Source of the DNA: Oculina patagonica
Taxonomy: Eukaryota
Direction: 5' to 3'
DNA: 64,000 nucleotides
Assembly: GCF_052425735.1 (NCBI RefSeq)
Contig: NC_135763.1
Coordinates: 22,692,001-22,756,000 of the forward strand
Part shown: in pieces, positions 53,290 to 64,000 of the stretch
Layout of the letters: every line of letters begins with the position of its first letter
Position numbering within the stretch: position 1 is the first letter of the stretch
Notes under the pieces: generated by a model
Databases searched by the model: none
Seen by the model: the letters and a program-made list of their open reading frames with translations, nothing else
Told to the model about the DNA's origin: nothing
Position numbers and translations under genes: made by a program

Positions 53290-53944
53290 CTGACAATACA
53301 AGATTTCTATTGTAGTGTCTTATTACAAAGAAAATTATACAAAAAACTTTAGAGCTGTAAGTGAAATAATTTTTCCCATCCCCTAATGTATAATGGCTTT
53401 ATTGAGTCGAAACCATTTTTATCGCAAAGAGTAGGCACAGAGCTCCCGGTGTTGTGGTCTGACCTATTGACATGTATCCATGGGTTGGGTGGTGGGACGA
53501 GATCTTGTCCCGTAATTCTAATATTGTGAAGCGCATCGAGCTTTGTAAATGCGCTACAGGTCTATACAAGAACCATTATACGAAATAATCAAATACGTAA
53601 GTCAACGCTTCAGTTATGTCATGAGCTGATGGACATGGACAGGATCTTTTATTCTGTTTCGCGCGATCGAACAGAAATCACGTTAAACTAATCTAGACTC
53701 ACCGCGTAGAGCACAGAAGCAAAAAACTCCCGTGGAATTAGAAAGGAACACTTCAATGTATACACAAAAAAGACATAATGTTCAACGAGATCTTTTAGAT
53801 TTAATAGACAGTATTAAATATACAGGGCCTAGTAAGACACCATTTGACCTAAGCTTGGCTCTAGATAGTTCATCGTCACCCTGCCAATCAGAAAATTCCG
53901 TCGTCGACTTATCAAAATCATGTAAACAAATTAAGTCGTGTTTA

Positions 53945-54368
53945 AGGCTGGTTTCCATATGATCGCAGACGATCGCATCGGATCGCAGACGATCGCAAAA
54001 TCGCAGAAATTTACTGAACCGTGTGATCGTAACGATCGCAGAGCGACCTGTTTCCATATGATCGCAAAAAATGGTAGACGATCGCAGAAGTGTTGAATGA
54101 TGGGAACGATTGTCGAAATTATGGGATAGTTTTCGATCGCAATCGATCGCAATTGTGTTTCCATATGATCGCAACGATCGCAGACGATCGCAGGGAATAG
54201 AACTTGGTTCTATTCTCTGCGATCGTCTGCGATCGTGTGCGATCGATCGCAGACGATCGCAAACGATCGCAGATGCGTGTTTCCAAATGATCGCAGATCG
54301 CAAAACCTACAATTCTGCGATCGTCTGCGATCCATTGCCATCGTCTGCGATCATATGGAAACCAGCCT
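53945..54368. mobile_element. PIF/Harbinger-like MITE rich in CGATCG, TTA TSD
   Basis: tta-aggctggtttccatatgatcgcagacgat ... atcgtctgcgatcatatggaaaccagcct-tta. Confidence 0.88.
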
Positions 54369-54726
54369 TTACTTGTAGTTACTTACACGAAGCCGACTGT
54401 TTGGGTGGTCGTTTACGAGTGCTTATAAACAAAGCAAAAGACCAGTTGGTATTTCCAAAAAGTCGTTGTGGTTGCATGCGGAAGTGATGGCTTACAAAAA
54501 CGTTTATTTAATTTTTATTTTTTCTAATATTTCATTAGCGATAATAGTACTTTTGAAACAGCAAGAGTAAACTAAACAAAGTACATATAACAGAAGCGTT
54601 TTACAAGATATAAAGAGGTATATACGTAAGTTACAATTACCGTACAGTGCATATATTTTATTATATTTATTGCATTCTTGTGTTATACTTGAAACAAAAA
54701 TAAAAACGGAAGTAGTGCTTGATTGT

Positions 54727-56334
54727 TTAGATGCTCTTTTTTCTGTCTATAAACTTGACTCGCACTGGCCTGTCAGGGATGGTTGTTCCTCTCATGAGTG
54801 GTTCCACGACCTCATCAGGAGGATACTGAATTTCAAACTGCTGCACGATTCTGGCCAATAGAAGATGAAGCTCCAACTCGGCGACACGGCGGCCAATGCA
54901 CATCCGGGTTCCAAATCCAAACGGAATGGAAGCAAAAGGGTCTGGTGCTTCCATTGAATGGTTTTTGTGTTTGTTGCGTAACCATCTCTCTGGTTTAAAA
55001 TCCTCAGCATCTTCGAAGGTGTTTTCATTTCGGCTCATGTGATACAAGAGAATGTTGACTTGAGTGTCAGCGGGGATCTGGAAGCCGCCAATAACAATAT
55101 CTTGGCTGAGAATTCGCGACAAATTCGATAGAACTGGATAGAGTCGCAGCGTTTCTCGCACCCAGGCTTTCAAGTACGGCATTTGTGCGAGCGTGGACGG
55201 TGTTGCAGGCATTTCATTTCCCAGGACTGATAATACTTCATTCCTAAGGATTTCTTGTTTGTCTGGATTTTTTGCCATCATGTACAATACCCACTGCATT
55301 GTGTTGGAAGTTGTGTCGACTCCAGCAAACAGAACATCAATCACGCTCGCAAGGAGGTCTTCTTTGTTAAGTTTCCCACTTGACAAAAGAAACTCAAAGA
55401 AACCCGCTGTTTCGGATTCGCTTGATTTGGTCTTCTCCGATTCTTCAAGCTCCTTTACCCTTCTCGCAATAAACAGTTCAGCGTACTCGTACATTTTGTC
55501 AAAATTGTCAACAAATCCTTTAAACTCTTGAGTTTCGTAAATCTTGTAGAACCAGACCGGCACGAAACTTACACTCATAACATTAAGAAGAAAGTTCTGG
55601 ACGGCGTCTATAAATGCTTGTGCCTCTTTGTCTACTTCTGGCTCCAGGCAACCAAATCTCTTGTCAAACAGCATCTCTGCAACAGACTCGAACGACCATT
55701 TGAAGAGCTCGTTGTCGAGTTCCAGAACTTCGTTTTCTTTCTCTGAACCGCTGGGTTCTCGAACGGTTCGTACTCGTTGAATAAAATCCGTTATAATTTT
55801 GTTGAAAGCGACAGCGTAGTCAGTAACTTGTTTGGGTCGAAGCATACGTTTGCTCAGCACGCTTCGATGCTTGTACCATTCGGGGCCATTTGCGAAGAAA
55901 ACTCCAGGAATTTTTCGTCGTTTTTCGCGATAATAATCGAGAACAGGGGAGCGAAATCGTTCAGGATATTTCGGCTCGGACCTCAGTACCTTCGCGACAT
56001 CCGAGGGATCGGCTAATGCAACCATTTTGACACCGGCGAACTCTATTTTGTAAATGTTGCCATATCTGTTGACATCATCGCGTTGGATGTCGAGGAATCG
56101 CTTACCAAGTGGTTTGTCAGTTGACCTAGCGAAGAATGCCCATGATGTTCCTATAACAGGAAGGCTAAGTGGTCCTGGAAGATCGTCCATCGACTTGAAG
56201 GATTCACTGTTTTCTGTTGAACTTGACGCCAGCCGGAGAGCACTATGCGCCAAAGAGACTCTTCGATTCAGCACGTTCCGTTGCAAACTCCACAAGAACC
56301 AGCCTGCAGATTTCGATTTTGTTACAAAAGCCAT
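54727..56334 (-). CDS. Cytochrome P450, mitochondrial clan (CYP24/CYP27-like), intronless; CYP-B
   Basis: 535 aa; N-terminal targeting-like peptide, LPGP, AGVDTT, ETLR, PERW, FGFGTRMCIG. Tandem paralog of CYP-A. Confidence 0.93.
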   Translation of the reverse strand: MAFVTKSKSAGWFLWSLQRNVLNRRVSLAHSALRLASSSTENSESFKSMDDLPGPLSLPVIGTSWAFFARSTDKPLGKRFLDIQRDDVNRYGNIYKIEFAGVKMVALADPSDVAKVLRSEPKYPERFRSPVLDYYREKRRKIPGVFFANGPEWYKHRSVLSKRMLRPKQVTDYAVAFNKIITDFIQRVRTVREPSGSEKENEVLELDNELFKWSFESVAEMLFDKRFGCLEPEVDKEAQAFIDAVQNFLLNVMSVSFVPVWFYKIYETQEFKGFVDNFDKMYEYAELFIARRVKELEESEKTKSSESETAGFFEFLLSSGKLNKEDLLASVIDVLFAGVDTTSNTMQWVLYMMAKNPDKQEILRNEVLSVLGNEMPATPSTLAQMPYLKAWVRETLRLYPVLSNLSRILSQDIVIGGFQIPADTQVNILLYHMSRNENTFEDAEDFKPERWLRNKHKNHSMEAPDPFASIPFGFGTRMCIGRRVAELELHLLLARIVQQFEIQYPPDEVVEPLMRGTTIPDRPVRVKFIDRKKSI

Positions 56335-56775
56335 GAGTCGTAGTTACTTTTAGATATATTTTCTGAAATATATGCGTGTATTTAGGCCGTGTTTATACCA
56401 TGGTAGGTATTACACAACCGTTCCCGACCGATTCGATTTCTTTGTTACATTTAAAAGATCCAGCGGTTGCTGCCTTCGAAAGCAGCCGTTCATCTTGGTA
56501 CGTCACGCAACACTGGTTGATCGCGTGACGTATTTTGTGTCAACAGGTTTGTTATCTTTAGTCTTGGTTGTTTAAATTGTAACGATTTTTATTTAGTTGT
56601 TCATTCCATGATGAATTCAGGCCGTGCCTGACGAAATATTGGAAGAAAATATACAAGTTTAATCCCTCTACCGTACGGTCAGCCTTTCTGTTTTTGAATT
56701 TGGTTACGTGACTAATTCTTAGGGGAATATTTAAGTTTTAGCATTTAACGGTTGCAGTTTACGCTTCTGTCAATC

Positions 56776-56863
56776 TAGTCTAGTCCAGTCCCTGAACTTT
56801 CTCTTCCGCGCGTCCTTTTGGTTGAACTCAGGCGCGAGAAGAGAGAGTTCAGGGACTGGACTA
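56776..56863. mobile_element. Short hairpin MITE with 9-bp TSD
   Basis: ctgtcaatc flanks on both sides; tagtccagtccctgaact / agttcagggactggacta. Confidence 0.8.
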
Positions 56864-57220
56864 CTGTCAATCATAATTACGACGCTGATCGACTGAAATG
56901 ACGCCGTCCAGCCACTCGAGCGTAAAGCGAAAAGTAAAGTGCGAGTGACCTGCGATCAGGCGTTCTTTTTTTCGCGGGGAAAAATGAAACGCCTGATCGC
57001 AGGTTAAAGAACGACTGGGAAAAATGAGCACGCCGCGCGCCCATTTTTCCACAGGTGCTTTATTTCGCTTCACGTTCGACGTACTAGCAAAATAAAAAAC
57101 TGCTCATAGACTACGTACTTAGCCTGAAATGTCTCGCGCGATCTCTGGGTAACCACCATTGCCCACCACATTGGCTTCATACAATGAGTAATAAACGATA
57201 CGACAGCGAAGATACAAGTA

Positions 57221-57716
57221 CCGTATTTACTCGAATAAGCGCCGCAGCGTTTATTAAATTTTAATTTCGCACCTCAGATGCGGCGCTTATTCGAGGGCGG
57301 CGCTTATTTAAAATTTGGACGCAACAAAGAATCCGTAATCTTTAACAGTTAGAAATAGCGTATTTTAATAGTCAGTATTCGTGTCTTGCTAAAGAGAGAA
57401 GTGGCGCTAGCTGTCTTGGCAAAGTTCACAACATTTACAGAACTACGTATTTTAAGAATGTTGGATAGAAAATTAATAGGCGAGCGGTAAAACTATTACT
57501 TTGAACTGCAAAACATCGCTTTTGATGGAAAGAAATGTCCCGTTTTAGTGTTACTTTGCTGTGCTATTTTAAGTTAAACGAAATTCCTCGAATAAGCGCC
57601 GCATCTGGATTGCGGCGCTTATTCGGGGCGCCGCTTATTCACTTTTTTGTCACAACTGCGGCGTCTATTCGAGGGCGGGGCTTACTCGGGGGCGGCGCTT
57701 ATTCGAGTAAATACGG
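57221..57716. mobile_element. Tc1/mariner(pogo)-like MITE
   Basis: ta-ccgtatttactcgaataagcgccgc ... gcggcgcttattcgagtaaatacgg-ta. Confidence 0.88.
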
Positions 57717-59732
57717 TATTCACGTGTTACTCCATCTGATACCAGGAGAAGACATTCGTTAGTCTTGAAAAGAGAAAAGGTTCATAAGAATGGTAACTCA
57801 TAGCCGGTACCCAGGGCAATCTCAGTCCGAATCTTATCGCTCCTCGTCGTACGTAATAAAGTGACTGCACGACAGTTTTCTCGTTATTTGACTAGTGATA
57901 TTTTATTTCGCTCAGGCGAAGCAAGTAGAAATGACGAATTTTCAGAGATCATAGTCTCGATTTCCAGCCGCTTCTCGGACTGGACTCGAGAACGCGGCGG
58001 AGATCGTGCCTACAGAGATCAGAGCAGATCGACTTCCATCTCTGGCCAAGTATGCTTCACTTCCAGCTGGCGTGATCCGCAGTTTGATACAGGAGAGACA
58101 AAAATGACTGTTTGGGATTTCGATACAGGTGTACCTCTTTAATACGGACAGCGCTAGCAGAGAGACAGAGTGTCCGTATTATGGTGTCTATATTACATAG
58201 GTAGAGTAAAATAATATTTAATATTTTCGTAACAATCAGGAATTGAAAGTAAATGTTAAAACTGAGACTATCACGGAAAGGACACAAATAGAAAAAAATG
58301 CATGTCAGTGTAAGACAGCCATAACATTGGACACTCAGGGGATACTTTTAACACGTTTGTGTCCTTGTCGCAGCAGTTTCCTCCTGAGGTGGATACCAAG
58401 CTACTGCCTCAATATTGACACCTCACGTGACTGCATTTCTAGCTTGTGTAAACACGACCCTTCCTCTAAAGAAATTTGATTTTTCTTGAGGAGGGATGGC
58501 GGAATTTACAAGCTGTATACCTTTATCTTAAACTATTCTGGAACTATTTGAAACATAAAAGGGACCTGTAAACTAAACATAAGTAACATTTAAAAGACAA
58601 CTTCGTTTTTGGTCGTTTTAATCATCCTTTAAAGCAAAAACTGACAAGATTATCACGGAAGACGCACGAGTTAATACTTTGAAAAAGAAATAGAAAAAAA
58701 CCTTCATAATATTTTCGTGCAGTGAGTGTATTCGTTTGCTCGTGTCTGCTTGTAAAACTTACATTGAATAACACCGCTTGTCATATTTTTTTGTCAGTCT
58801 AAAGGTTTGTCATAACAGTTTATTATAGACTAACTTACTAACTACTAAAAGCATTCGCTCCCTAAGCAGTATATCCCAAGCTAAAGCAGGTAAAATTGAC
58901 ATTTGAATCTTTCGCGGATATCTCAAGGCAACACGAAAATAAACTTACTTATGAACACTTAAACACTAAAAATGTTTTACGTTTTAGGAAAAAAACCCAT
59001 AATCACTTTAAAAAATGTTACCTCAGTGAATTCACAGCTAAGTCAAGTGACGCTTTTCAAAGCAGAAAATCTTGCATGAATTTTCAAATGTCTATAAACG
59101 CTGTACACAAAAAACAATAAAATGAATACAGCTCACACAAGAAAAACAAAAAATAGCTTCTCACTGGCGGCCAAACCTTAAGTTGATATTTCTCTGAAGA
59201 GCGAGAATCCATGGAAAAAGGGAGCTGTTTCCTTCCTAGGAGGGTGGGGAGGTCCGGGGACATACTCGCCCAGAAAAATGTTTAAACCTTGGATAGAAAA
59301 AACTTTGGTGGCAATTTTGTGCCTCAAAATGAACTATATATAAAATACTTTGGTGAGAATGTCCTACCATTTTACTTCAGCTGTATTTGGTATCCGATCA
59401 TGTTCATAGGATACCTTACAAAACCCGTGACACATGACCAAACATAATTATATAAAACCAATTTTACTGACTTTTTTTGTTACCTTTTGGCAACTACTAT
59501 TGAACCATTACAGGGCCGTAGTCGTAACAGGCGAATCGAGGCACTTGTTTCAGTAAAAAATTTATATTTTTTATGTTTTTGTAAGAGGCTATGCTTTAAA
59601 CTAACACTTTAAATATGAAAGAAGTGGTTTTTCTTTCTTTCTAATAATGACTCGGTAAGAATTTTCGTCTGGCTACGGCGCTGCATATTTTTACTTCATG
59701 AAAACAAACTACATGTGTCACGCTCGTTTCTC

Positions 59733-61485
59733 TTACGATAAGAACACACTTAGCACATAGAAAATTCCAAATACAGAGTCTAGCATGGCTATTTTGTGAG
59801 GTAAGGTGAAGTGCTCTCCTTCAAAACACGCTACGCTTAAATTCAGGGCCAACGGCAGAGTAAACAGAGGTATACAGAAATACATTGACACCGAGGCGGC
59901 TAGCAAACCAACTACTACATACGGGAACAACAGTAACAAGGTGTGAAGATAACATGCGCTCTGTGGTCCCACAAGAACGGCAAGGGTCTGGTAACCAGCT
60001 TTCCTGTCTGACGTCAGGTCACGTGTGTTTTGACTAGAAGAGAAAGCAGCACATCATTATAAGATGAAGTTTATTGTGATACACAAAAATATCATTCAAT
60101 AATTGTTTATTGCTATGTTATGCCTTGACCCACGCGCGCGCTAATTTCCAGAATTCTGATACATTATTTTTCTCAGACAATGAAAACAGAGATGCTAAGT
60201 GAAATAAGTAATAATGCGTGACAGCTGTACGCAAATCCAACACACGATATGTGGGATGGAGAGCGCAAGCAGAGCTGCGTGATATAAATGTTTTATTACT
60301 TGAATTATTCTCGTCAGTAATACTCTGTGATTCATGTTCTTGAAAAATTTTTATTGTCGAAAATCGTGGATAAATTCGGGAAATACGAGTCAGAACGCCA
60401 GAACGAACCCTGGACTTGAAAACATCTTCGGCCAGCCTCGCGCATTCGGTTCTATGTCGGATTATGTCGTGCTGTCAGTCGAGTCACGTTCATTTGCCAC
60501 GTTATTTAAAATCCGCGAACTGTTTGACAGTCAGCTGTATTGCATATGACCGCATATCACCAGCTCAATCGTACGAGCTGCACAAACCCATGCTACCAAT
60601 CTAACCCATGTTATCCATATATATCTATCAAATATATCTACCAAAATCAACAAAACAATTCAGATTATGGATGAATATTTCTATAAAAAAGAACACGTTT
60701 TCTTGACCCTTTTACTACCACTGATCCGCCCAATTCTGCACGACTGCTCGACAGCTTTTCATGTGAATGGTGACATACTCACGTTTGACTCAGTGTCCTC
60801 ATGGAGTGAAAAGGTTATAGTGAGACAATTGACAAAGGTAAACATGCGTAACCCATGACTGATATACATAAAATATAATTATTGTAAACTGATGCTGAAA
60901 TATAGTTTCATACCTGTGAAATATAGCTGCCGTGAAGAGCACAAACGGCAAAGAGTAAACGGCTATCCAAGCATAGGAGAGCTGGTGCTCACTGGTCCCA
61001 ACCTGCTCAATGTATGTGAACAGAATGGACAGCGGGCCGAATATTCCACATGCTAACACGTCACCAAGAACTATGTTCTTCAATCCTCCACCATGGAGCA
61101 ACGAGGCGAGGAAACCAGTGGCGTACAACCCAAATTCCTGTCTGAATTCAGCTTCAGAAACCACAGCCAGACAGCCAAACGCAACCATCGCTAAAACATA
61201 GCTCCATATTGCCCACTGTGCGCTCAGTTCAAGCGTGACTCTCCGTGTAGCGGACGAAACAAAGAATCTTCGATTTTGTGCATCGTAGAAGAAGTTCACA
61301 AAATTCCCCGCTGCGTGTGTGAACAGGATCACGAGAGCTGTAAGAAAGTAGTTCACAAGACGAAACTTGTCGTCATATTTCCACGCCAGGGCTGTGCCGA
61401 GTAGAAATGACAAAATCGACGCCGGGAATGTCCATGGGTTAAGTGATTTTAAGAAAATAGTAAATTTGCTCGAATTTAAAGGCAT
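59733..61485 (-). CDS. Divergent UBIAD1-like UbiA prenyltransferase paralog; exons 61485-60914 and 60033-59733
   Basis: LNPWTFPAS, HAAGNFVNFFYD, GGGLK..LGDV...FGPL. Phase-2 intron CACAG|gtatga...ttctag|T gives AIFHSQNTRDLTSDRKAG, ending LPHKIAMLDSVFGIFYV. Confidence 0.85.
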
Positions 61486-63400
61486 GACAGAATGTTTTCT
61501 TATACCGATAAGACCTCACTTTCGTATAACTTAGCATCAACAGCAAAAGAAATCGAATGAAGCGTTTTTGAGATCGTTTTAACCTCTTTCGTGACGGACA
61601 ATGTTATTGAATTGAATATCGCGTCTGCTTTTGGCGGTGAAGTTATTCAGCAATTAAGAATGTGACGCACGAAGGGCGTCAGGAGATAATTAATATATGT
61701 AGGTGAACAATCCAATGAATAAAACTGTCAAATACCTATGCTAATATCATTGTTGCGTAAACAAACAGCTATTTTAACCAGTTTTAGGGTTAAAGGTGAC
61801 GAAAAAACATATAAAAAAAAAACATGTCTCGGGAGCCCATCCTGGTTGTCAAAGTCACAAATGCCGAGACGCCTTTTTAGGTTTTTACGGAAAGATTGGA
61901 GTTTGTCACGTAACGGTTCATTTCTTTGGATATAGCTGAAAAATGTCAGGCACCGTCTTTATACTTTCAATCCTCACGAAGCTTCCTTGTTTCTGATGCA
62001 GTTTCTGATTATAGTTGATAGTATTCAAAGAGTTGAAAAAAAAAAGAAAACCTATAAAGTTTTAAAAAATACAACAACCGCCGGAATAGCTTGTATTAAG
62101 CAACCCGTCGCAAGACTTCTGTACCACTTCTACTGTTGGTTTGCAATTTGTTTCAGTATTTGCTGGCTTCAATTTAAAAGGTCTTCTGACATACTTTGTT
62201 TAAGAATGTTTTTTTTTTTTAATTTTATACACGAAAAGATTTTGTAAATGTTTATTAAATTGTTCAGTTTCATTTTCCTTCAAACGACATAACAATAACG
62301 GGTATGATTGAGATGCGGTACCTGTTCAATGTTTAATATTAAGGATTTGTGTTAGTAGTACGGAAAAGCTCAAATCAGGGTTTTGCAATAGCAGATATAT
62401 CTTTGAACCTACTTTATGTTTGAAAGCTGAAGTTAAAGAAACATTGTTCTTATTTCAATTTACTTCCTTATGGTACCTGCTGTCATATATATCGGTATAG
62501 TCTTGTTTTGCATGTATAATCACTCAGTGTAAAACTACTGTACACATTTCCTACAATCCAGTTACTACACTGAGAATACTGAGTTACAAGGCCGATGTTG
62601 ATGATCTGCTTGCTTGCAGAAAAGCCATCTCCTAGATTATTTTATTGCACCATACCATATTACCCCAAAACAATAATAATCACTATTTGAGCTGTTTATT
62701 GTTTACCTTTACAATGCATTGGTATTTCACAGTTTGTTCGTGCTTAATTATTCATGTTGTGTTGTTATCTCGAAACTAACTCCGTTTTAAAATAATATAG
62801 GCAAAGTTAATAATATTTATTTAGCATTTAAGAGTATTTTACTCACATGTAAGTGTTATCAGGTGTCTAATGTGTAGTGACCTAAGCGGCTACTGAAGAG
62901 ATTTGTGGAGTTTCTATATGATAGCATACCTTATGCCATGAATTCATTAACAAGTTGCCAACGCTTTGTGTACTATCGTATGCGGTGTTAATGTCTTTTA
63001 AATTATAAATTATGTATCGTGGAGCTTTGGGTGTCAACACTGAAGTCCGGGGTCGATATAGGCTGGATAGATACTCTTTTGCACTGATTTGCAATTCCGT
63101 TCTTACAGATGGTGAAAAATTACTGAAAAAAAGACTACTAGTTCCTTGACAAAAAAATTCATTTGCTCTATATACCGGGTATATATAAGTTCGAACTAGC
63201 CAAGCCAGTCTCTTAAAATGAATGAACTGCCCGTAACTAAACTTTTATTCAGGTCGTTTTTGTAACGGCGGATAAACTTGTTACAGATTTTGTTCCCTTA
63301 GAAGCGATAGAAGTATTAAAACTGTAGCAATAATGGTGCGCAGTGCCGGATAACTAAAACTCATCAAGGACGCACCATTGACCGTTCGGCCATATGTTCA

Positions 63401-63701
63401 TCATGCGACAGTTAGCGCAGCCATGTAAAGCAAACCAAATAACAGATTGAGCTGAGCGGTTTTCTGGGTAATCATCACAAGATCTCCGCGGAAACACTCG
63501 GACGAGAGACGAACAGCCAATGGAAGCGTTACCAAGGGAACCAAAAGAATCCAGGAAGAGCTCAAGGCCAGGATGCTCAGCATGGCATACGGGACCATCA
63601 GTAGTAAGCAATACAGAACGCATGCGTACTGCTTGCCCAGCAGAATGGCCAACGTTATACCTCCTGCTGATCTGTCACTTTCAAGGTCACGTGTGTTGTT
63701 C
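63401..63701 (-). CDS. Last exon of a third UBIAD1-like paralog (5' part outside the window)
   Basis: cctcag|GAACAACACACGT; NNTRDLESDRSAGGITLAILLG...TQKTAQLNLLFGLLY. Same 301-nt length and splice position as exon 2 of the neighbouring paralog. Confidence 0.85.
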
Positions 63702-63889
63702 CTGAGGAAAAACATAAACCCGGTTATTTCATCTAGCAAAAGATCATAACTTAGTTATGGGCTCTCGTCGACCTCATCACCACCCACACTGCCCGTTTTG
63801 TGAAGAGGCAGGAAAAAAGCTCAAGGTCAACTCCAGGCCTCACGCGGTCATATTAGTTTGTTTTCGCCGCCATGTTTAGAATATTTTTA

Positions 63890-64000
63890 CAGTAGAACCT
63901 CGGTAACTCGAACTCGGATAACTCGAACAACCCCGCTAACTCGAACTAATGTTTAATTCCCTAGCACTCACTTTTCAGTCAATTTTTACTCGGTTAACTC
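63890..64000. mobile_element. Left end of a Tc1/mariner(pogo/Tigger)-like MITE
   Basis: ta-cagtagaacctcggtaactcgaactcggataactcgaa. Confidence 0.7.

Noticed and set aside
53782-54487. 173-aa and 125-aa ORFs with CDRLRS/DRRRSQ repeats
   Set aside because: Translation artefacts of the CGATCG-rich MITE.
59511-59683. hAT-like MITE (cagggccgtag ... ctacggcgctg)
   Set aside because: The TIR is short and imperfect and there is no matching 8-bp TSD, so it is not listed as a feature.

Overview
Animal genomic DNA, AT-rich and intron-rich. The repeat families and gene content suggest a cnidarian, probably a stony coral (inference). Gene order: 3' end of the mitochondrial 2-oxoglutarate/malate carrier SLC25A11 with a duplicated terminal exon; a two-exon Shaker (Kv1) channel; an intronless UBIAD1; a 7-exon ETS transcription factor; a head-to-head CPTP / INTS11 pair (25 coding exons, including a 12-nt microexon); a frameshifted class A GPCR; two intronless mitochondrial-clan cytochrome P450s; and two further divergent UBIAD1-like prenyltransferases, the last cut by the window edge. 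Intergenic and intronic DNA holds many MITEs, SINEs and truncated LINEs, some nested. The best candidate for a new system is the co-oriented P450 + UbiA prenyltransferase paralog array at 48-64 kb, a possible animal meroterpenoid/terpenoid biosynthetic cluster. All exon structures were derived by hand from GT-AG sites and remembered protein homology, without database searches.
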